A stretch of 57,778 nucleotides of DNA from a virus, in the IMG/VR virus record IMGVR_UViG_3300034143_000002; one strand, 5' to 3'. Each line of letters opens with the position of its first letter. Positions within the stretch are counted from its first letter, which is position 1. Positions 9,461-16,828 of this stretch are shown piece after piece. Below the pieces are notes generated by a model. It was not told the DNA's origin. It ran no database searches and was given only the letters and a program-made list of their open reading frames with translations. The position numbers and the translations under genes were made by a program.

Positions 9461-9486
9461 AAGGGGCAAAGTTCCCTCTGCCCCTT
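9461..9486 (+). terminator. Stem-loop after DUF4177-like gene
   Basis: AAGGGGCA-N10-TGCCCCTT, 8-bp perfect stem 3 nt after the stop; no clear U tract. Confidence 0.45.
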
Positions 9487-9560
9487 CCCTGCCTCGCCTT
9501 GCCGTGCTAGCCAAGCCTTACCTCGCCTGACCAAGCCAAGCCTAACCTCGCCATGCCTTG
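9482..9560 (-). repeat. Pentanucleotide-periodic array a (CNNGG units on minus strand)
   Basis: Minus strand reads caagg catgg cgagg ttagg cttgg cttgg tcagg cgagg taagg cttgg | ctag | cacgg caagg cgagg caggg aaggg. 15/15 units end in GG. Confidence 0.9.
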
Positions 9561-9566
9561 TAAAGC

Positions 9567-9782
9567 TCAACGCTTTTTCTTGCTTGCATCTTCGGTGGGC
9601 CGTCCGCCGCGATCTGGTATGAACGCTTCAACCTCGCCCCTCTTCACGAAACGGCGTCCAGCAATATCAACCGTGCTTAGCTTTGTCTGCCTAATTAAGT
9701 GATTGATGGCTTGGCGCGTTACTCCGCGAAGCTGTGCGGCCTGAGCGACTGTGAGTAGTTCGTCGGGGTCAATCTTTACCAT
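9567..9782 (-). CDS. HTH DNA-binding protein (excisionase/MerR-type)
   Basis: LLTVAQAAQLRGVTRQAINHLIRQTKL...IAGRRFVKRGEVEAF. Divergent from the cassette promoter. Confidence 0.6.
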   Translation of the reverse strand: MVKIDPDELLTVAQAAQLRGVTRQAINHLIRQTKLSTVDIAGRRFVKRGEVEAFIPDRGGRPTEDASKKKR

Positions 9783-9839
9783 GCCTCAGAGTATACACAA
9801 CCACTTTCCGCTTGACAAGAAATAAAACTAACTTACCTC

Positions 9840-9868
9840 TTGACAAACGGAAAGGGGTTCTTTATAAT
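9840..9868 (+). promoter_or_regulatory. Consensus sigma70-type promoter
   Basis: TTGACA (9840-9845), 17-nt spacer, TATAAT (9863-9868). A second TTGACA lies at ~9812-9817. Confidence 0.6.
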
Positions 9869-9906
9869 CCTTTTGTCAGTTGGAAAACAGATAAGGAGCA
9901 AATCAG

Positions 9907-10053
9907 ATGAACAGCACAACCAACAAAACGATCATCACGATTTCAACGACGGACGCCAAGCGGGTCAACAAATACGCCATCAAAAAGAGGGTAGAGCGAG
10001 ACGCCTTCGGACGCGCTCAGGTTGCGGAGTACGTGAGGGGTATTCGCCTGTAG
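9907..10053 (+). CDS. Small RHH-like regulator candidate (48 aa, below ORF-track cutoff)
   Basis: AGGAG 8 nt before ATG 9907. MNSTTNKTIITISTTDAKRVNKYAIKKRVERDAFGRAQVAEYVRGIRL has a beta-strand-then-helices pattern. Stop TAG at 10051-10053. Confidence 0.4.
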   Translation: MNSTTNKTIITISTTDAKRVNKYAIKKRVERDAFGRAQVAEYVRGIRL

Positions 10054-10062
10054 AAGCGAAAC

Positions 10063-10097
10063 GGGACAGGCGAGCGTTTGGGCCGCTCGCCTGTCCC
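10063..10097 (+). terminator. Strong GC hairpin (attenuator/terminator candidate)
   Basis: GGGACAGGCGAGCG-TTTGGGC-CGCTCGCCTGTCCC, 14-bp perfect stem between the RHH-like ORF and 10131. Confidence 0.55.
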
Positions 10098-10130
10098 TTC
10101 ACACCATTTACCACTTGAGAGGGGAAAACG

Positions 10131-10508
10131 ATGCGACAAAAGTATAACACGAAAGCGTTGCCACCGCCGGAAAGTCGGCCAGTCAGCGAATTCATCAGAG
10201 AGCCCGTCAAGGAATGGTCAACGCTTCCCATCACAGAAGAACGGGCGCAGGAACTCGTTGACCTGCTCACCGATGACCTCAACGACCACACGACGGACGC
10301 CATCATTGAGTTAATAGCGGGCATCATGCCGCAAGCGAGCCCTGACGATGAAACCGAGAGTGACAGGTGGCAAAGATTCATCGCGGGCTCTGCGGCCATC
10401 CTTCACGCCTTCCGCCACTCGTCGCGCTGTCAAAACGCGCTTGGCGACCACATCATCCACTTGAAAATCGGTAAGATTAAAGAGAAGGAAAGCGAGGGCG
10501 AGCGATGA
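10131..10508 (+). CDS. Acidic hypothetical protein A (125 aa)
   Basis: Paralogous to the next ORF (I[TS]..[ER]A.EL...D..ND.....A.I.L..GIM). ATGA overlap with it. Confidence 0.6.
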   Translation: MRQKYNTKALPPPESRPVSEFIREPVKEWSTLPITEERAQELVDLLTDDLNDHTTDAIIELIAGIMPQASPDDETESDRWQRFIAGSAAILHAFRHSSRCQNALGDHIIHLKIGKIKEKESEGER

Positions 10509-10879
10509 AAGGAGACGAAGGGAAGCTTGACGCGCTCTGGCGTATGCAGCAGATAAGGGACAAAAACGACGACTATAAAGCCATTTCGAGGGATGAAGCC
10601 GCCGAACTCGCTGAAACCATCGTTGACTATGATAACGACGTGAGAGCCCACGCCCTTATCACGCTGCTTAACGGCATCATGTGCGTTGTATTTTCAGGGG
10701 AAGGCGGGCGCTCACTCGCGGAAGATTTGGTATGGTGCGCCACGCGCCGCGCCTACACGCTGTCGCTGCATTGTAATTACTCGCTTTCTGAATTCGCCAG
10801 CTTAGACCCTAAGAACGCACGCGACAAGCGCGTGCTGGAACACGAATACGACGAGGACGAAAAGAAGGAGCAACAATAA
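10505..10879 (+). CDS. Acidic hypothetical protein B (124 aa), paralog of A
   Basis: Shared motif with 10131..10508. TAATG overlap with the 207-aa gene. Confidence 0.6.
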   Translation: MKGDEGKLDALWRMQQIRDKNDDYKAISRDEAAELAETIVDYDNDVRAHALITLLNGIMCVVFSGEGGRSLAEDLVWCATRRAYTLSLHCNYSLSEFASLDPKNARDKRVLEHEYDEDEKKEQQ

Positions 10880-11502
10880 TGTCAAATATAGTCAAAGCAA
10901 AAGTCACGATCAAAGGCGTCCGCCCGCTCTTACTCCATCACTTCGGGCCTGACGCTCTACCGCTTGAGAAGCAGGAGAAAACAGGAGTCGCCGGAAACGA
11001 CCCCGAAGAATGGCGCAAGACCGCGCTCGTCACGAAAGACGGCCAACTCTACCTAGAGCCCACATACATCTTTGCCTCTATCAGAGACGGCGCGAAGTAC
11101 ACGAAGAAAGGTAAGGGCTCAATTCAATCCACAGTGGCGGCAACGCTTCAAGTCTTGGATAACGCTGTATTGATTGACCGCCACTTTCCCGGCTTCCCTA
11201 ATGGTCATGCTTTTGATCTGGCGACGGCAGAGCCGCCGCCGCGAGACAAGGACGCGCCTGTTTACTTGGACGTTCAATCTGTGAGGAATCCGACAACCAA
11301 AGGGCGCAACGTGCGCTACCGTGTCGGAGCGTCAGTGGGATGGTCTTGCTCGTTTACGATTCTCTTTGATAAGACCATCGTTGACCGAAACACCATGCAA
11401 ACGGTGCTAGGCGACGCGGGCGTGCTTGTCGGCGTCGCTGACGGGCGCTCAATCGGCTTCGGGCGCTTCACGGTTGAGAGTTTTGAAGAGATTAAGTCTT
11501 GA
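10879..11502 (+). CDS. Hypothetical 207-aa protein with RAMP-like features
   Basis: KVTIKGVRPLLLHHFG, LEPTYIFASIRDGAKY, and the C-terminal helix plus G-rich loop VLGDAGVLVGVADGRSIGFGRFTV resemble RAMP (Cas7/Csm3-type) motifs. Unverified. Confidence 0.6.
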   Translation: MSNIVKAKVTIKGVRPLLLHHFGPDALPLEKQEKTGVAGNDPEEWRKTALVTKDGQLYLEPTYIFASIRDGAKYTKKGKGSIQSTVAATLQVLDNAVLIDRHFPGFPNGHAFDLATAEPPPRDKDAPVYLDVQSVRNPTTKGRNVRYRVGASVGWSCSFTILFDKTIVDRNTMQTVLGDAGVLVGVADGRSIGFGRFTVESFEEIKS

Positions 11503-11507
11503 GTTTT

Positions 11508-11606
11508 CCCGGCACGGCAGGGCTTGGACGGGCAGGGCATGGGTTGACTTGGAATGGCCCGGCGAGGCTTGTCAGGGCTAGGTGAGGCATGGAAGGCAAG
11601 GCAAGG
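11508..11606 (+). repeat. Pentanucleotide-periodic array b (CNNGG units)
   Basis: cccgg cacgg caggg cttgg acggg caggg catgg gttga cttgg aatgg cccgg cgagg cttgt caggg ctagg tgagg catgg | aagg | caagg caagg. 15/17 in-phase units end in GG. Confidence 0.9.
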
Positions 11607-11611
11607 TTCTT

Positions 11612-11914
11612 ATGCCAAAAAAGAGACAGCCAATAGAAATCTGGCGAGAGACGCGGCGCAGGGTGTTAGAGCGCGACGGCTATAAATGCGTCCGGCCATC
11701 CTGCGGCGCGCCCCTCACGGAAAAGACCGCACACATTGACCACATCGAATCAGGTAAAAATGCGACCAACGAAATGAGCAACTTGCGCTCGCTATGTCGG
11801 CGCTGCCATGTGCTGCGCGCCGACCCCCGGCACAGAGGCATGATTGCTGGCGCTCTCAAGGCCGGAATAATCGGCCCTGACTGGCGCTCGCAAGTTTGGG
11901 ATGATGATTCTTGA
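11612..11914 (+). CDS. HNH endonuclease
   Basis: RRRVLERDGYKCV..C......HIDHI.....N...NLRSLCRRCH. ORF-track GTG 11582 lies inside array b, so ATG 11612 is preferred. Confidence 0.8.
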   Translation: MPKKRQPIEIWRETRRRVLERDGYKCVRPSCGAPLTEKTAHIDHIESGKNATNEMSNLRSLCRRCHVLRADPRHRGMIAGALKAGIIGPDWRSQVWDDDS

Positions 11915-11919
11915 TTTTA

Positions 11920-12019
11920 CCCGGCGGGGCGAGGCGAGGTCAGGCTGCGCGAGGGTTGGCTAGGTCAGGCGAGTCTCGGCGCGGCGAGGCCCGGCAAGTC
12001 TCGGCACGGCAAGGAGGGG
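11920..12019 (+). repeat. Pentanucleotide-periodic array c (20 in-phase CNNGG units)
   Basis: cccgg cgggg cgagg cgagg tcagg ctgcg cgagg gttgg ctagg tcagg cgagt ctcgg cgcgg cgagg cccgg caagt ctcgg cacgg caagg agggg. 17/20 end in GG. Confidence 0.9.
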
Positions 12020-12035
12020 CGGCTATGCCGCCCCT
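12015..12035. terminator. GC hairpin between convergent genes
   Basis: AGGGGCGGC-TAT-GCCGCCCCT, 9-bp stem between the HNH end and the end of 12038..12391. Confidence 0.5.
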
Positions 12036-12037
12036 AT

Positions 12038-12391
12038 TCAACCCGCCAACGCCGATGCCGCAAACATCTCGAATATGGCCGTTACTCTGGCCTCATGCGC
12101 TCTCCTGTAGGCGGCTTCTATCTTATCCCACAAAATAACCAACTCCCATTCTTCGCTCGTTAGCTCATTCAAATTCAGCGGCTTTCCTGAGTTGCGCTCG
12201 TCAATCAATCGTTGTATTCGATTGACGACAGCATCTTCAAGGTTTTCCTCTGCCTTTGCGGAGTACATTTTAGGGCAGACGGGGCAAAAGCCGTCCGCAC
12301 CAGCCTGATAGAACTCGCAAGCTTCCTGACCTGGGCACTGCTCGTCTTCGGATACCGGGTTGTGTAGCTTCTCGAGGCGGGCCGCTATCAA
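12038..12391 (-). CDS. Hypothetical protein (117 aa), tail-chaperone position
   Basis: Position only (after the major tail candidate, before the tape measure once the cassette is removed). Confidence 0.45.
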   Translation of the reverse strand: MIAARLEKLHNPVSEDEQCPGQEACEFYQAGADGFCPVCPKMYSAKAEENLEDAVVNRIQRLIDERNSGKPLNLNELTSEEWELVILWDKIEAAYRRAHEARVTAIFEMFAASALAG

Positions 12392-12405
12392 CTTCGAGAA
12401 GGGTT

Positions 12406-13158
12406 CTATTTTTTTTCCTGCAACTCCAGAGCACTCGACATGTACTGCTGGATTGCCGCAGCCTTATGGTGCTTGGGTACACGTCCCCTGTAACCAGTGG
12501 CCTTCTTCTCGTCGAAGACGCGGTCGTAGAGCTTGGCGAGACGTGCCATCTTCGGCGGAATCTGCGTGTCGCTCTTTCCGAGCTTGGTGCCCTGCACGAG
12601 CCAGACCGAAGACTGAATGGCCTTGTAATCAGAGCTTTCGTCCGCGCTCGGTTTCGGGTTGCGCGGGAAATGCTCCGTATCAATCTGCTCGCCGGAGAAT
12701 AGGCAGCGCACCGTGATCGAGGAAGGCTTGCGCTTTGCACCCCAAGGAATGTTAGTGAGCTTCTTGTTGCTGGTCGGCGCGATTGCTTCGCAGGCAAGCA
12801 GAGCCTCCTCGATGACGAACTGCTTTTCGTCAGGCTCAATATGATCTTGCCAGTCTGATGGCGGGTCCTCTCCGGGCTCTCCGTAACCTTCGACGCCCGT
12901 CGCAATCTCGTTGTAAAGCTCAATCGCCCCTTCGGTCGTCGCGCTCTTCGTTTCGACGGCGTTTTTAACTGCCGCCTGACCAAGCTTCACCTCGCGTCTC
13001 ATGTCATAGCCGATAACGGCTTCGTCAGAGCATGGCCCAACAATATGCACGACTTCGCCAAAGCCCTCATCGGATTCAAATTTCACGGGGATGCGCTGGA
13101 CGGCATCTGCGTCATAGAGCACCTGATTCTGCTCTGAGTTAACTTCATCCTGGTTCAT
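12406..13158 (-). CDS. Hypothetical protein (250 aa), tail-chaperone position
   Basis: ORF track 12406..13245. GAGGAG RBS 9 nt before the internal ATG 13158 (MNQDEVNSEQ). Confidence 0.5.
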   Translation of the reverse strand: MNQDEVNSEQNQVLYDADAVQRIPVKFESDEGFGEVVHIVGPCSDEAVIGYDMRREVKLGQAAVKNAVETKSATTEGAIELYNEIATGVEGYGEPGEDPPSDWQDHIEPDEKQFVIEEALLACEAIAPTSNKKLTNIPWGAKRKPSSITVRCLFSGEQIDTEHFPRNPKPSADESSDYKAIQSSVWLVQGTKLGKSDTQIPPKMARLAKLYDRVFDEKKATGYRGRVPKHHKAAAIQQYMSSALELQEKK

Positions 13159-13287
13159 CTGAGAGATCTCCTCAATACAAGAATTTGACCTGGCAAGTGC
13201 TTGGACCGGCGGGGACGTGCGAGCTGTTGGAGCCAGGTTCACCAATCGCGTCGCAGTACCGCCCCGCCGGATAGAAATAGTTCTTTG

Positions 13288-14379
13288 TTAGGTATAGCTC
13301 TGGACCGTGTTGACGAGCGTGGCGGTGACAGGATTGAGCCCCGTGCCGTCGTCGAAAGGCTTCATCTTGATCTGCTGCGTGACCAGACCATTTCCGCTCG
13401 ACAGCTCAACCGTTTCATACCGCACCTTCGGACAGTGGATGGTTAACTGGTGATAATAGGTCGCAGCTATAAGACCGCCCTTGAGTACCAGCGCCCAGTC
13501 AAGGGCTTTACGCGCCCTCAAAGCGGCCATTTCGTCTGATTGGCTCAAGAGGCGACTGACTTGGCTCGCCATCAACTGTCGTATGCCGAATAAACATTCG
13601 GCTCTGATCGCACCGCTCGTGCGATCCGCGGCGCTCTGGAACTTGTCAGCGCCCGGCATGTAGCCCTCTTCCTTGAGGTGGTTGTTGTTGATGCCGAATT
13701 CCCATGATCTGAAGCGCTTGGCGGTGCCGTAGTTGACGAGGTTAGCAAGCGTACCCGCATCGCTAATCTTGGCGGTCGCTTGGCTGTTGTACAGATAGTG
13801 CAGCCCACTCTGGCGCTGCGCGAGCGCCTGCGCGACTGAGAGTCCAGACGGTTCGACGACTTTCCCGGAGCCAATGAGTTGGAATGATGTATCCACCCGT
13901 TTGGCCCCATCACCCTTGAGCGAGAGGTTATCCACGACGTTTGAGGGCAACTGGCGGTTCAAAGCCGTACCGATTATTTCGATCAGGCTGGTTGTCGGAA
14001 GTTGTCGCGAGACAGTCGGGTCCTGCAAGGTGAAGACGTGCTGGTAGACGGTCGGCGCAGTGACCGAATTCGGCTGAGTCGTAACGACGGAACCGAATGC
14101 CAGCAGAAGAAGCCGCCCAATCATTTCGCTGGAGAGCGCGATGTTGTGCTGCGCCTCGGCGTCCCATCCTTCGAGGTACTCTTCGGTGGCGAATTCCGAG
14201 CCATGTGCGTCCTCGGCGTTATCCGAGGTCATCGGCTCGTACTTCGACATGTTCTTGTCAGTGACCTGAAGCTGCACGTAGTCGGTCGGATCAGTCGTAT
14301 CCGTCGGTGTGTCGTAATCAGCCTGCGGAACACCGCTGATTAAAATCTGTCTTTGCGATTCATGAACTGTTCCCATCAC
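13288..14379 (-). CDS. Major tail (tube) protein candidate (363 aa)
   Basis: First large ORF after the head-tail joining chain. No motif recognised; call by synteny. Confidence 0.4.
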   Translation of the reverse strand: MMGTVHESQRQILISGVPQADYDTPTDTTDPTDYVQLQVTDKNMSKYEPMTSDNAEDAHGSEFATEEYLEGWDAEAQHNIALSSEMIGRLLLLAFGSVVTTQPNSVTAPTVYQHVFTLQDPTVSRQLPTTSLIEIIGTALNRQLPSNVVDNLSLKGDGAKRVDTSFQLIGSGKVVEPSGLSVAQALAQRQSGLHYLYNSQATAKISDAGTLANLVNYGTAKRFRSWEFGINNNHLKEEGYMPGADKFQSAADRTSGAIRAECLFGIRQLMASQVSRLLSQSDEMAALRARKALDWALVLKGGLIAATYYHQLTIHCPKVRYETVELSSGNGLVTQQIKMKPFDDGTGLNPVTATLVNTVQSYT

Positions 14380-14419
14380 ATACTCCTTTTAACTCTGGCC
14401 TGCTATTCAATCTTGCGCG

Positions 14420-14725
14420 TTACTTCTTTTTGTTTGACTTCTTCACTGCCTGCGTGTCTGTGGCCGAAGACTCGTCCACCGCATCCGTGTTCGCGGACTT
14501 CTCGGGCTCTGCGGGGACGGCTTCTTTCTTTTCCACCGGAGGAGGAGGGAGAGCCGCCGGTGCAACCTCGAAGAGTCCCGTCCGCTCAAGCGTTGGCCAC
14601 TCTTCCTCCGCGACTTCGAAGGGCTGCTCGCTACGTACAAATGAGCGACGGAACTCGCCGGCACCGATGTGCGCGACGGGGGTAGTCTCTTCGGGCTTAA
14701 AACGAATCTTGATCGGGTTACTCAT
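14420..14725 (-). CDS. Hypothetical protein (101 aa)
   Basis: Last member of a chain of 4-nt overlapping genes (16812 down to 14420). Confidence 0.5.
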   Translation of the reverse strand: MSNPIKIRFKPEETTPVAHIGAGEFRRSFVRSEQPFEVAEEEWPTLERTGLFEVAPAALPPPPVEKKEAVPAEPEKSANTDAVDESSATDTQAVKKSNKKK

Positions 14726-15186
14726 AACTGTCCTTCCACTAGTTGGCCGGTCTGGTTGATAAAGAGAGGCAGATTGACGAGCGCATGCGGGTGATTATTT
14801 GCCGTTGTGTAATCGCTTATGATCCTTCCGGGCAGGCAGTCGAGCACCCGCTCTCCAAGCGAAGCGTCCTCGCAGACTATCAGCGCAATGGCTTTGGCGA
14901 TTGAAAGCGCATCCTCAAGGGCCGCGTCGAATGATGCCCCATCTTTTCTATCGCCAATCTTGACGAGAATGATGAAGATGAGCTTTGCGTCGAACTCTTC
15001 CATCTCCTCGCCGCCAGCGCTCGGAGCTAGGCTTGAGGTGCAAGGGCCTGTCTGTATAGTTCTGTTTTTCGTGATCGCATCGTAAGAGGTGGGAAGAACA
15101 TCGACGCCGTGCAGAGTCTCATCCTCTGCCGCCGCCTCGACGATCTCCTTCACGAAATCAAATCCGCTCTTTCTTACGGTCGTCAC
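14722..15186 (-). CDS. Head-tail joining / tail terminator-position protein (154 aa)
   Basis: 4-nt overlaps on both sides; synteny only. Confidence 0.45.
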   Translation of the reverse strand: MTTVRKSGFDFVKEIVEAAAEDETLHGVDVLPTSYDAITKNRTIQTGPCTSSLAPSAGGEEMEEFDAKLIFIILVKIGDRKDGASFDAALEDALSIAKAIALIVCEDASLGERVLDCLPGRIISDYTTANNHPHALVNLPLFINQTGQLVEGQL

Positions 15187-15752
15187 TCTGTCACCCCGCT
15201 TTGCGCGAGAGCGCTGCTCGCGATCATTTCAACTTCACCATCAAGCCGCTGCTCTGTTCTCTCGTCGTATGGATTCGGCTCCATCCCGTCAGAGCGCGGG
15301 CGAACGATAAACTTCTCTCCACCATCTGCGATGTAGGACTCCCCCGCTTCCACGTTACCCACGCCGATGAGAAGGAACTTGCTCTTCCTCGGCCTGATCA
15401 CTTCCCCCCGAGGCCCATGGACGCCCGTGCCGGTTGCAACTGCTTCGGCGATGTCGAAGCGTGTAGCCTTCAGTGCTACTTCCCTGGTCTTTCCGCTCGG
15501 CAGATGGACCTCACCTGAGCGAGCGGGTTTCTCCACCAGAGCCGAGGCGATGATGAGCCCTTTGAAACGCGCGCCGTCCCCATCTATCTCCGGCTTCTGG
15601 ATACCTTTGCCGACCCGGCCGGGAGCCTCATCCTTCATGATCTCGACGCCACGCTCTGTGACCTGCCTGTGAGCGTCCGCCATACCGCGCTTCAGATCAG
15701 GAATGAGCGCGTCCAGCTCTGTCATATCTGCTTTAATCGTGACAGCTGTCAT
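15183..15752 (-). CDS. Head-tail joining protein, HK97 gp10-like candidate
   Basis: N-terminus IKADMTELDALIPDLKRGMADAHRQVTERGVEIMKDEAP resembles the gp10 family; 4-nt overlaps. Confidence 0.45.
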   Translation of the reverse strand: MTAVTIKADMTELDALIPDLKRGMADAHRQVTERGVEIMKDEAPGRVGKGIQKPEIDGDGARFKGLIIASALVEKPARSGEVHLPSGKTREVALKATRFDIAEAVATGTGVHGPRGEVIRPRKSKFLLIGVGNVEAGESYIADGGEKFIVRPRSDGMEPNPYDERTEQRLDGEVEMIASSALAQSGVTE

Positions 15753-16144
15753 GAGACCGGTTTCAAAACTAATGTGTATGTGACGGCAACCTCGCCGTGG
15801 TATTGAGGCGTGACCCTCAAGATTGCATAATTCGTGTCGCCGTCGATCACTCGATCATCAATCGTCGGCATGAATTCCAGATCAATGGTGGCACATTTGA
15901 AAGTCCATTCCCGATGCGGAGCTCTCTCTTCATCAGCTTCTCTGAAGCCATCTGCCCCCGATTTAGGAAAAGGATATGTCTTATCCTTGAAGGTACCGCG
16001 TACAGGGACAACGCCATCTTCAGTCCCGTCGTTGTGTCCTTCCAGCCCGGATGTCGCGACGGCATTCCTCAGCAGCTTGATGGTGCGCCCGTAGCGCGCC
16101 ATGTGCCTCTTGGCCATCAACTGTTGTGCAGTGGGGGCGCTCAT
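15749..16144 (-). CDS. Head closure-position protein (131 aa)
   Basis: Synteny; 4-nt overlaps. Confidence 0.45.
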   Translation of the reverse strand: MSAPTAQQLMAKRHMARYGRTIKLLRNAVATSGLEGHNDGTEDGVVPVRGTFKDKTYPFPKSGADGFREADEERAPHREWTFKCATIDLEFMPTIDDRVIDGDTNYAILRVTPQYHGEVAVTYTLVLKPVS

Positions 16145-16812
16145 CCAATTGCGATCCGTTTGGAGTCAGCAAGTAGAAGCCTTGCCATCTGCGGCAGGTC
16201 TTCCGGCACCTCGCCCGCACCTTTGCCGCTTGGCGCACGTCTAATTTCCGTTGCGCCCTCAACCTTTTCCATCGTTAGACCCGGAGTGAGCATTGCCGCC
16301 GCCAAGGCGTCATTCGCCATCTTCGCCATGGTGAACCCGCACGCCACAACCACTTTCTGCGGGACACTGCTATAGCTCAGATATGTGACTTTGACCTGCG
16401 GTTCCATCACCCCTGCGAGCATTTCAAAAACCACTTCCTCGACGCCGGCTAAGGTGGCCAATTCCAGATAGTTCTCCTGGTTGTTGACGAGTACCTGCGA
16501 GACATTAAAGGAGAATTCCTGCCCGGGCCCTGTGATGAGTTGATAGCTCTGTAGCGTCATCACTGGCGGTTGGTTGACGGAGATTCGCCGCGTATGCGGG
16601 TTCCACTGATGAGTTTCAATGATCGGGGCGGGCGAGAATTCTCGCCCGCAATACGCGTCTATGGCGCGTGATGCCATTGCCGCGAGCGGCACAAGTTCTT
16701 CCGCCGTCTGACCTGCAATCGCCGTCTGCGCGCCGAAGAAAGCTGCGCGATCCAGAAAGGCTTGCGGGGCCATGTAGCAATGACCCAATACTGCGTCTGA
16801 GACTAAAGACAT
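16141..16812 (-). CDS. Head-tail adaptor-position protein (223 aa)
   Basis: Synteny after the capsid genes; 4-nt overlap downstream. Confidence 0.45.
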   Translation of the reverse strand: MSLVSDAVLGHCYMAPQAFLDRAAFFGAQTAIAGQTAEELVPLAAMASRAIDAYCGREFSPAPIIETHQWNPHTRRISVNQPPVMTLQSYQLITGPGQEFSFNVSQVLVNNQENYLELATLAGVEEVVFEMLAGVMEPQVKVTYLSYSSVPQKVVVACGFTMAKMANDALAAAMLTPGLTMEKVEGATEIRRAPSGKGAGEVPEDLPQMARLLLADSKRIAIG

Positions 16813-16828
16813 TGAATAGCCAAACCCT

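Noticed and set aside
11911-12138. 75-aa Arg/Gly-rich ORF reading through repeat array c
   Set aside because: The translation is a by-product of the CNNGG periodicity. It has a TTG start without an RBS and runs into the convergent gene 12038..12391.
12270-12983. 237-aa Arg/Ser-rich minus-strand ORF
   Set aside because: It is an alternative frame of the better-supported 12406..13158 gene and has low-complexity composition.
12038-13158. Programmed -1 frameshift of tail assembly chaperones (G/GT-like)
   Set aside because: The two ORFs are separated by a 14-nt gap rather than overlapping, and I saw no slippery heptamer. The chaperone assignment itself rests only on position.
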